The notes beneath the pieces were generated by a model. That model saw nothing but the letters and a program-made list of their open reading frames with translations, was not told where the DNA came from and did not search any database. Positions 9,137 through 16,120 of a stretch of 64,000 bases of DNA are shown here, in pieces. A program made the position numbers and the translations under genes. Source of the stretch: an uncultured Pseudomonadota bacterium (lineage in GTDB: Bacteria > Pseudomonadota > Alphaproteobacteria > Rhizobiales > Hyphomicrobiaceae); the NCBI GenBank assembly GCA_963789775.1, contig CAWBLX010000002.1:143663-207662 (forward strand), read 5' to 3'. How positions within the stretch are numbered: the stretch's first letter is position 1; each line of letters begins with the position of its first letter.

Positions 9137-9736
9137 ATGAAAATTCGTCTCATCGCCAGCGCTTTAACCGTGGGTGTCAGCGTAGCGGTGACTGCTTTGT
9201 TCGCTTACGCGCAAACTGCTCCAGACGCTACGTCGAGCAAATCGCGATATCTGCCCGAATACACGGCCGACGGCGATCTCATCCTGCCGAAGAACTTCCA
9301 TGAATGGGTTTATGTCGGATCGCCCCTGACACCCAATGGCCTCAACGGGGGGCACGCGAATTTCCCCGAGTTTCACAACGTCTATATCGAGCCCGGCTCT
9401 TACCAGATTTACAAGAAGACCGGCGTTTTTCCCGAAGGAACAATTCTCTTCAAGGAACTGCAATTGGCTATTCCCGGGGAACATCCCGATGGGTCGCGAA
9501 CGGAGCCCTCTGGGCGAGGTTACTTCCCCGGTGCCTTCAACGGTGCCGACGTGACAGTCAAGGATACCAAACGCTATGCCGACGCCGGCGGTTGGGGTTA
9601 CTACAATTTCAATCACCACGAACCGAAAGCTCCAACAGCAAAGCTGAAGCCCGTCGGCGAATGCGCGTACTGCCACCAGCAAAGTGCAAAGAAGGATGAA
9701 GTGTGGACGCAGTTTTATCGACTGCTCGATGACTAA
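9137..9736 (+). CDS. Cytochrome P460 family protein (copy 1)
   Basis: 199 aa with a signal peptide and a C-terminal CxxCH (ECAYCHQQ). LILPKNFHEWVYVG and FPEGTILFKEL match my recollection of Nitrosomonas europaea cytochrome P460, including the Lys aligned with the heme cross-link Lys. Confidence 0.8.
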   Translation: MKIRLIASALTVGVSVAVTALFAYAQTAPDATSSKSRYLPEYTADGDLILPKNFHEWVYVGSPLTPNGLNGGHANFPEFHNVYIEPGSYQIYKKTGVFPEGTILFKELQLAIPGEHPDGSRTEPSGRGYFPGAFNGADVTVKDTKRYADAGGWGYYNFNHHEPKAPTAKLKPVGECAYCHQQSAKKDEVWTQFYRLLDD

Positions 9737-9778
9737 TTTCCGCTCCCTTTTTTGAACTTCATACAAGGACGCGAATAC

Positions 9779-10348
9779 ATGAAGGTGATCTATCAAGCTG
9801 CGGCGGCCGGTCTTTTCGTCCTCGCCGCCGGCGTCGTGACAACGCTGACGCACGCCGAAGAGTCGATGCCGAAGCAGGAGCTCATAGACGCTGCCGGAAA
9901 CTTGAAAATTCCCGAAAATTATAGGGAAACCTATCAATACTTAGGAAGCTGGAATCCCGCGGCCGACAAGCCAGGAGAAGGCAGCAAACAAGCCCACAAC
10001 GTCTACGCCTCTCCAGGCACGATCGAGGCGTTTCGCAAGTCGGGGAAGTTTCCTGAAGGCACGGTGCTCGTGAAAGAAGTGTTCACGACCAAGAACGATC
10101 AGATGACGACGGGACTAGTCAGCCATGTCGATAAACTTCAGGGCTGGTTCATGATGGTCAAAGAGACCAACAACACCCACCCGGAAAACAAGTTATGGGG
10201 CGACGGCTGGGTATGGTCTTGGTTCGACGCCGATAAACCGACCAAAACGACATCGAAGGATTATCAAACCGACTGTAAGGGCTGCCACGTACCGGCCCAA
10301 GACACAGACTGGATATATTCTTCAGGCTATCCGGCCCTAAAAAACTAA
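9779..10348 (+). CDS. Cytochrome P460 family protein (copy 2, diverged)
   Basis: The ORF track starts at 9752. The ATG at 9779 gives signal peptide MKVIYQAAAAGLFVLAAGVVTTLTHA. Has LKIPENYRE, FPEGTVLVKEV and CxxCH (DCKGCHVP). Confidence 0.75.
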   Translation: MKVIYQAAAAGLFVLAAGVVTTLTHAEESMPKQELIDAAGNLKIPENYRETYQYLGSWNPAADKPGEGSKQAHNVYASPGTIEAFRKSGKFPEGTVLVKEVFTTKNDQMTTGLVSHVDKLQGWFMMVKETNNTHPENKLWGDGWVWSWFDADKPTKTTSKDYQTDCKGCHVPAQDTDWIYSSGYPALKN

Positions 10349-10359
10349 AGCTATGGCCC

Positions 10360-11940
10360 ATGCGAGCCCAGGGACACCCTTTGAAGCAAGTTGTCCTTTG
10401 GCTCGCCCTGTTTCTCGCTGTGACTCTGGTTGATGGCGAAGCCGCAGAGCGCGGTAAACAGGTTTTTTTTATTTCCGGAACGGCGGAGGCATTGTCGGCG
10501 GGGCGCGCTACTGTGCTGCAGCCGAGTGGCGGCATCTTTCTTCGTCAACTTCCGCTGTCGAAATCGGAAGTTTGGCGTATTCCGACTTCCGAGTTTCCAT
10601 CGATCCAATCGAAACTGCAGCGGTTGGGGATCACATCTTCGAAGGTTACCGCGGAAGGCACAGAGGCAACGCTTCCAACCTCCCACGATCACATGAACTC
10701 CGGCCAGTCATCGATGCTGTCCGACGCTAAAAATTCCATGGCAATTGTCGATTGGTGCGTCGTGACGCTCCCGAAGCCCGAAGTCATGGAGTACCTCCTC
10801 ACTCAAGGAGACGAAGCAGCCGATAAAAAGCCCTATACCCTAACGATCGCGCTGCGCGCGGATCTCAGCGTCCGAGCCAGACAACGCTCCGTTCGTCGCA
10901 TCGGGGGCGGGTACGTGTGGCACGGCGTCATCGAGTCTACGGGAGAGCCAGTCACGCTCATTTGGCGAAGTCCCTCCAAGCTTTCGGGCCAAGTTTATTG
11001 GCAACGCCACCAGTATGTTTTCCGTAATTTGGGAGCAGGCAAATTCGCGATTGTTGAAATCGATCCAAAAATGATGCCGGCCGAACATCCCGCGATGAGT
11101 GTGATCAAAACGATGCCTGGCGCCGCTTCTGAGGCAATAAGGGGCGAGATGGAGGCACCGGAGCGACCCAGACAACCAGCGCTACGCAAAAACGATTTCA
11201 AAAACTCAGAGACGGGCGGAGGCAAAATTGAGTTAGCCTTTGAGACGCAACCCCCGTCGCCTACTGAAAAATCCTTATCAAACGTCACCATCGACGTTAT
11301 GGTCGCCTACACGGCGAAAGCTGCCGCCCACTACATCGACATCAAAGACGAACTGATCGATTTGGCGATCGAGGAAGCCAATCAGTCGTTTATCAGTAGT
11401 GGCGTCAGGAATGTGCAACTGCGCCTCGTGCACACTTATCGAACGGGCTACGTCGAATCCGGTACCCATTTCGATCACGTCTTTCGCCTCGCCGATAAAG
11501 GCGATGGCTACATGGATGAAGTTCACGATCTTCGAAACAAATACCGTGCGGATATCGTGGTGCTCATCGTTGATGATGCCAACGGGTGCGGTCTGGCAGC
11601 TGGTGTTGCGCCGGATGCAGAGCACGCCTTTGCCGTTGTCCATTACGAATGTGCCGCGGCGACCTATTCGCTGGCCCATGAGATCGGCCACATCTTGGGC
11701 GCGCGTCATGATGTTGCCCTCGATGACGGCGCGACTCCGTACAGCTATGGTCACGGCTACATCTTTGGCAACAAGTGGCGGACGATCATGAGTTATGGCG
11801 AAGACTGCGGCGGGTGCCCGCGCCTTCCCCTATGGTCAAATCCACTAACAAAAGTCGGTGGCGTTCCGGCGGGCGATCTTCTCGCAAATAACGCTCGCGT
11901 GATCGAAAGCTCGGCCATGCGCGTGGCAAGTTTTCGTTGA
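10360..11940 (+). CDS. Secreted zinc metalloprotease, metzincin (reprolysin/M12B- or M72-like) with long N-terminal region
   Basis: 526 aa with a signal peptide (VVLWLALFLAVTLVDGEA). Zinc site HEIGHILGARHD (HExxHxxGxxH) is followed by the Met-turn-like RTIMSYG. No RBS is obvious, so the start is the least certain part. Confidence 0.8.
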   Translation: MRAQGHPLKQVVLWLALFLAVTLVDGEAAERGKQVFFISGTAEALSAGRATVLQPSGGIFLRQLPLSKSEVWRIPTSEFPSIQSKLQRLGITSSKVTAEGTEATLPTSHDHMNSGQSSMLSDAKNSMAIVDWCVVTLPKPEVMEYLLTQGDEAADKKPYTLTIALRADLSVRARQRSVRRIGGGYVWHGVIESTGEPVTLIWRSPSKLSGQVYWQRHQYVFRNLGAGKFAIVEIDPKMMPAEHPAMSVIKTMPGAASEAIRGEMEAPERPRQPALRKNDFKNSETGGGKIELAFETQPPSPTEKSLSNVTIDVMVAYTAKAAAHYIDIKDELIDLAIEEANQSFISSGVRNVQLRLVHTYRTGYVESGTHFDHVFRLADKGDGYMDEVHDLRNKYRADIVVLIVDDANGCGLAAGVAPDAEHAFAVVHYECAAATYSLAHEIGHILGARHDVALDDGATPYSYGHGYIFGNKWRTIMSYGEDCGGCPRLPLWSNPLTKVGGVPAGDLLANNARVIESSAMRVASFR

Positions 11941-12613
11941 GCTAATAGCATACGCGCGTCGCCGGCAGGGCGAGTTGTCGCCGACAATTTTGGTCAGGTC
12001 ACCCAACCGAGATTTGAAACCTGCAACCAAATGTCCAATTCTTCTCGCGGGCACCCGCCAACGTTCGACGACGTTGACCGGTCTCGGTCGATTAGCAGAC
12101 GATGCTAGCTAGAGCGCCTGGGTTGCCGACCATAAGGCGGTCGACTTCCGCTTCCGGGACGTCCCAACCAAGTTCCTTCGAAATCTCAGAGTCCGCCGCC
12201 TAGGTCAGGGTCAAATTCAAGTGGCTCTCTTCGCAAAGCCGCTGCGTTACGGATCGCCAATCCATCGATCACCGGCGCGGCCATGAGATGGCATTCTCGG
12301 GTTCTAAAATCTGCTCAGAGAATTCGTATGGCCCTGCATTCCCCGTTATAGCCTGGCATGCCCTGAATTCGCCAAACCCTACTTGCCGGCACATAGGGAT
12401 CCGCCAAATATATGCGCCAGGGCCAAGTACAGACGGAGATCCGGCACGAATAAGCAGCAGCAAAAACGAAAATGTAGCCGATGCCTTAAATGTGGTGAAG
12501 TGATCCGGTAACGCCGGCTTCGAACACAGCGGGCAGGGGGCGCGCTTCGCAACTAGCGAGGCCTAAACTGGTCCGTCAAAGACATGACGGAACTAGGGAT
12601 TGTGGCTGAATTA

Positions 12614-12699
12614 TGGTGCCCAGAAGAGGACTCGAACCTCCACGCCTTGTGAGCGCTGCTACCTGAAAGCAGTGCGTCTACCAATTCCGCCATCTGGGC
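12614..12699 (-). tRNA. tRNA-Leu (anticodon CAG)
   Basis: Folded by hand into an 86-nt cloverleaf. Acceptor stem is GCCCAGA/TCTGGGC, anticodon stem CTGCT/AGCAG with loop TTCAGGT. It has a long variable arm, a GGTTCGAGTCC T-arm and an encoded CCA. Confidence 0.9.
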
Positions 12700-12900
12700 T
12701 TGGTCTGTCAGGTAAATTGTACCGAAGCGGAAGTCAATTGCGCGACAATCGCGGCCGATAGGCGTCCTGGGGACGCTTTCCTCCGACAACTCCCGGATTG
12801 CGGCGGAAGGCGTCGTTCGCATGCTTCACAGGGGCGCAGAGGATGGCTAGATGTTTGGCTGGCGGGAAAAGCCCGGCTGGCGGTAGCGGTGAGGTTTCAA

Positions 12901-13875
12901 ATGGCGGAGAACGGCAAACTAGCGACTGTTTTCGGAGGATCCGGATTCGTCGGTCGCCATATCGTATGGGCGCTGGCGCGCAAGGGATATCGCGTCCGTG
13001 CCGCTGTCAGAAGACCGGATCTCGCGGGTTATCTGCAACCTATGGGCGTCGTGGGGCAGGTTCACGCGGTTCAAGCCAACCTCAGGTTTGCCAATTCCGT
13101 CGTCCGCGCAGTCGAGGGTGCCGAGATCGTCATCAATGCGGTCGGGATCTTGGCGCCGACCGGCGCGCAAACGTTCGACGCGATCCATGCCGAGGGGGCG
13201 CGTCGCGTCGCCAAGGCTGCGAAGGAAGCGGGTGCCGATCGTCTCGTTCACCTCTCGGCCATCGGCGCCGACAAGGCATCGCCCGCCAAGTACGCGCAAA
13301 CGAAGGCGTTGGGTGAAGAAGCGACGCTCGCGGAATTTCCTTCAGCCGTGATCCTGAGGCCGTCGATCGTGTTCGGTCCGGAAGATGAGTTCTTCAACCG
13401 GTTCGCGGCTTTGGCGCGGATCAGCCCGTTTTTGCCGCTCATCGGTGGTGGCCGGACGAAGTTCCAGCCGGTGTTTGTCGGCGACGTCGGTCATGCCGCG
13501 GCCGCCGCGGCCACCGGTAGCGCGAAGCCGGGGACCGTTTACGAACTCGGCGGACCGGAGGTTTCGAGCTTTCGCGATCTTCTCAAGGCAACGATGGAGT
13601 ATTCCGACCGTCGGCGGCTCTTGCTACCCATTCCTTTCTGGATGGCGAAGCTCATGGCCACGCTGACATGGCCATTGCCGAACGCGCTTCGGCCGATGAC
13701 GGTGGATCAGGTCCGGTTGCTGCAATCGGATAATATCGTGTCGGAAGCTGCGATACGCGAGGGGCGGACGATCGGGGCGCTTGATGTTGCCCGGCCCGCG
13801 TCGATCGATGGCGTTGTTCCAGGCTATCTTGAGCGTTTCAAGCCCCGAGGCCAATACGCGCATTATCATCCTTGA
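12901..13875 (+). CDS. NAD(P)H-binding NDUFA9-like / NmrA-like epimerase-family protein
   Basis: The ORF track starts at 12700, which overlaps the tRNA. The ATG at 12901 is preferred (GGTGAGG upstream). Has Rossmann motif VFGGSGFVGRHIV, and the C-terminal part resembles complex I 39-kDa subunit-like proteins. Confidence 0.8.
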   Translation: MAENGKLATVFGGSGFVGRHIVWALARKGYRVRAAVRRPDLAGYLQPMGVVGQVHAVQANLRFANSVVRAVEGAEIVINAVGILAPTGAQTFDAIHAEGARRVAKAAKEAGADRLVHLSAIGADKASPAKYAQTKALGEEATLAEFPSAVILRPSIVFGPEDEFFNRFAALARISPFLPLIGGGRTKFQPVFVGDVGHAAAAAATGSAKPGTVYELGGPEVSSFRDLLKATMEYSDRRRLLLPIPFWMAKLMATLTWPLPNALRPMTVDQVRLLQSDNIVSEAAIREGRTIGALDVARPASIDGVVPGYLERFKPRGQYAHYHP

Positions 13876-13911
13876 GAGCCATCCTCTGAGACGGCCGCGG
13901 AAAAATTCAGA

Positions 13912-13930
13912 GCCGCCCAGTTTGGGCGGC
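13912..13930. terminator. Hairpin GCCGCCCA-GTT-TGGGCGGC between convergent genes
   Basis: 8-bp GC-rich stem seen in the sequence between the stops at 13875 (+) and 13982 (-). The flanking A/T runs are weak. Confidence 0.4.
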
Positions 13931-13981
13931 CCAGAGAGTTAAACTCCGACTGAACAATGTTCGTTTCTCGCCCCGTGCAGC

Positions 13982-14269
13982 TTAGTGTAACGGTGCGATC
14001 GACAACTCGTCTTCCTGGGCGTGCCCGATCGCAGCCTGCAGCGTATCGGTCAAAGCGATCGGCGTACCGTCGGCTGCGTGCAGCGAGAAGAGCGGTATGC
14101 CTTTCGGCAGGCCTTCGATCTGGGGAAACATTTCCAGAGCCTCATCCGAGGTCAGGGTCTTGATGTAAGCGACCTCGCCGCCGCCGAGCCGAGCAAGCTC
14201 CAACTCGCTCATCACGGGCGCTACAACATCGTGCAATTCAGTGGCTTTAGCGGTGGTCTTGGTATTCAT
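13982..14269 (-). CDS. DUF1150 family protein
   Basis: 95 aa (ELARLGGGEVAYIK ... LFSLHAADGTPIALTD). This small protein is the usual downstream partner of hsp20 in Alphaproteobacteria. Confidence 0.8.
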   Translation of the reverse strand: MNTKTTAKATELHDVVAPVMSELELARLGGGEVAYIKTLTSDEALEMFPQIEGLPKGIPLFSLHAADGTPIALTDTLQAAIGHAQEDELSIAPLH

Positions 14270-14410
14270 GACGCTCTTCCTCCTTGTGTCGAGGCCGGGC
14301 TCTCATCGCAGGTCCGGGGCCCGTGGCCGTTGGGGCGGCCTCCCGATCTGCTCGTCTGCTCCGATCCTCCGACAATTCGGTCGCCGGCGCTGTGACGCGA
14401 AAAACTCAGC

Positions 14411-14854
14411 TCAGGTCCGGCTTTTGACTGGCTTGGTCGTCCCAATCTCAATTCGTCGCACGAGGCGTTCCGGTTCAAGCCGTTGCAAGTCGACGGATAA
14501 CAGGCCGTTCGCGAGCTCTGCGTTTTTGACTTCAATCCCATCGGCGAGGACGAATGTCCGTGAAAATTGCCGGGACGCGATGCCTCGGTAGAGATAGTCA
14601 CGGGCCTTATCGTCCTGCTGCTTGCCCCGAACCGTCAACTGCTTGTCTTCGAGCGTGATCTCAAGTTCGTCACGCGTAAACCCCGCCACAGCGAGGGTGA
14701 TGCGCAGAAGTTCTCCCGAATCGCCGTCTCTCGCGATCCTTTCGATATTGTAAGGTGGATAACCGTCCCCACCCTTCGTCGCGCGGTCGACCAACCGCTC
14801 GATCTCCTCAAAACCCAGGAGTAGGGGGTTCGAAAGTGCCGTTACACGCGTCAT
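14411..14854 (-). CDS. Hsp20/alpha-crystallin family small heat-shock protein (IbpA-like)
   Basis: The ORF track starts at 14926. The ATG at 14854 is preferred because AAGGAC lies upstream and the N-terminus MTRVTALSNPLLLGFE is typical. Alpha-crystallin domain: YPPYNIER ... LAVAGF ... LTV ... NGLLSVDL. Confidence 0.9.
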   Translation of the reverse strand: MTRVTALSNPLLLGFEEIERLVDRATKGGDGYPPYNIERIARDGDSGELLRITLAVAGFTRDELEITLEDKQLTVRGKQQDDKARDYLYRGIASRQFSRTFVLADGIEVKNAELANGLLSVDLQRLEPERLVRRIEIGTTKPVKSRT

Positions 14855-14862
14855 ATTTTGAA

Positions 14863-14881
14863 GGTCCTTAAGCAAGCGACC
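14863..14881 (-). promoter_or_regulatory. Candidate ROSE-like RNA thermometer hairpin sequestering the hsp20 SD
   Basis: mRNA-sense sequence GGTCGCTTGCTTAAGGACC folds as GGTC(G)CTT / AAGGACC with a single bulged G opposite the AAGGA Shine-Dalgarno. A bulged G opposite the SD is the ROSE hallmark. Folded by hand only. Confidence 0.35.
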
Positions 14882-14949
14882 GACGTTCCTTTTCGGGTGC
14901 CTTATGGCCACCCGCCTCGCCGTCACAACTGCACGGCGATCTGATCAAG

Positions 14950-14977
14950 ATATGGGAACCAGTGAATGGTCTTCAAG
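14950..14977 (-). promoter_or_regulatory. Candidate sigma-32 (RpoH) type heat-shock promoter for hsp20
   Basis: The minus strand reads CTTGAA-15 nt-CCCATAT, close to the CTTGAA/CCCCATNT consensus. It would give a 5' UTR of about 85 nt ahead of the hsp20 start. Confidence 0.45.
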
Positions 14978-15116
14978 CGGCGTCCGGGACCAGGTCGTGT
15001 CCGGGCCGCCTCAGGGTGCCAAAAAAGGCGCGACTGGTCGGAATTCCGCCCTAGTGATGCCCGCCTCGGCCGCCAAGAGGCTTGACCTTTTATCTCTGTT
15101 TTTGCGTGGGGAAATC

Positions 15117-15800
15117 ATGAAGCCGGTGTCCATTCTCTCCGCCTTGACTATTGCTCTGCTTTTGCCGTCTGCCGCCCATATGGCGCTTGCGGAAGAGCCC
15201 GCCAAGCCCTCGGCGAATTCGGGCTCCGTTTTGGGAGATCCGGACGGTCCGATGACTCCGGAGGAAAAAGCCGAGAAGAAAGCGCGGCAAGCCTGCAAGG
15301 TCGACCTCTGCCGTGCCTTTCATTCGAAGGATCCAGCGGGCGGAGACATTGCGTGTCATGTGGTCAAAAGCTGGCGGAAAGAGCAGCTTGTGAAGCTTGT
15401 CGCAAAACTCAAGGTGACGTGGCCTTATGACGGCGCACACTGCGTCACGGATCTCAGCGTCAAGCGCGGAGATCTCGTCAAGGCGATGACCGAGCCCAAG
15501 GTTGAAATCGATTTCGTCAAGCACACGGTGACGTGTTCCATCGCGAGCGACAAAAAAGGCTCGACCGATTTCTCGTTCGAGCTGACGCCAAAGGTGACGT
15601 TCGAGAACGGCAAGGCGGTGAAGGCGAAGGCGCATTGGGGGAAGATCCAAGCGCCGACGCTGATCAAAAGCGCGCTTTGGACGGCGACCGCTGCTGACAA
15701 TACCGTGAACATTCTATCGGGCACGATTGTCGATGAAGTAAATACGTTCGTCTCGAAGCGCTGCGATGAAGTGAAAGATCAATGGGCTGCCAAGCAATAA
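15117..15800 (+). CDS. Secreted protein, unknown function
   Basis: The ORF track starts at 14904. The ATG at 15117 gives signal peptide MKPVSILSALTIALLLPSAAHMALA. The mature part is Cys-containing and Lys-rich, with no motif I recognise. Confidence 0.6.
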   Translation: MKPVSILSALTIALLLPSAAHMALAEEPAKPSANSGSVLGDPDGPMTPEEKAEKKARQACKVDLCRAFHSKDPAGGDIACHVVKSWRKEQLVKLVAKLKVTWPYDGAHCVTDLSVKRGDLVKAMTEPKVEIDFVKHTVTCSIASDKKGSTDFSFELTPKVTFENGKAVKAKAHWGKIQAPTLIKSALWTATAADNTVNILSGTIVDEVNTFVSKRCDEVKDQWAAKQ

Positions 15801-15953
15801 GGCTCCATTTCATTCATTCAAAAGCGCGAAGTGTTATATTGTTATTAGGCGGGCTTATGAGTGGTTATTGTAAATACGATTGGCCCTGAATATTCGGCGG
15901 ATATACGTAAGCTCCCGTTGTGAAGCGTGGACTAACCACTCTTGGAGGAAACC

Positions 15954-16043
15954 ATGAAGACGTGGTCGAAGCCTGAAGTTCGTGAGCAGGAAGTTGGTCT
16001 CGAAGTGACCAGCTACCTCCCGGCTGAGATCGACCTCATCTGA
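15954..16043 (+). CDS. pqqA: Coenzyme PQQ precursor peptide PqqA
   Basis: 29 codons, absent from the ORF track (below 60 aa): MKTWSKPEVREQEVGLEVTSYLPAEIDLI. It carries the PqqA signature W-x-x-P ... G-x-E-V-T-x-Y (Glu-x3-Tyr). From memory it is close to Methylorubrum extorquens PqqA (..VGMEVTSYESAEID..). GGAGGA lies 5 nt upstream and a strong terminator lies downstream. Confidence 0.85.
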   Translation: MKTWSKPEVREQEVGLEVTSYLPAEIDLI

Positions 16044-16079
16044 ATCAGATGATGTCGGCCTAGGGTCGAACTTGGAGCG

Positions 16080-16111
16080 GCGGACGAGGCTCTCGTCCGC
16101 TGCTTTTTATT
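16080..16111. terminator. Rho-independent terminator after pqqA (shared with convergent ABC-F gene)
   Basis: GCGGACGAG-GCT-CTCGTCCGC, a perfect 9-bp stem, followed by TGCTTTTTATT. Confidence 0.75.
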
Positions 16112-16120
16112 GCGCTGCGC

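Noticed and set aside
11941-12613. Searched the 670-bp gene-free stretch next to the tRNA-Leu 3' end for integrase remnants or an att repeat. A minus-strand frame reads ..EESHLNLTLT*AADSEISKELGWDVPEAEVDRLMVGNPGALASIVC.., which looks protein-like with an in-frame TAG.
   Set aside because: The fragments are under 45 codons, match no family I recognise (no R..HxxR..Y integrase motifs), and no repeat of the tRNA 3' end was found by eye. Left as unannotated and mentioned only under the island finding.
12700-12900. N-terminal 67-aa extension of the NDUFA9-like ORF given by the ORF track (start 12700).
   Set aside because: The extension begins 1 nt from the 5' end of the tRNA-Leu gene (opposite strand) and is Arg/Gly-rich. 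It precedes a much better start (ATG 12901 with GGTGAGG RBS, followed immediately by the Rossmann GxxGxxG).
14904-15116. 71-aa N-terminal extension of the secreted-protein ORF (track start 14904), overlapping the hsp20 promoter and leader on the other strand.
   Set aside because: The internal ATG at 15117 yields a canonical signal peptide. The extension is Arg/Ser/Gly-rich and would bury that signal peptide.
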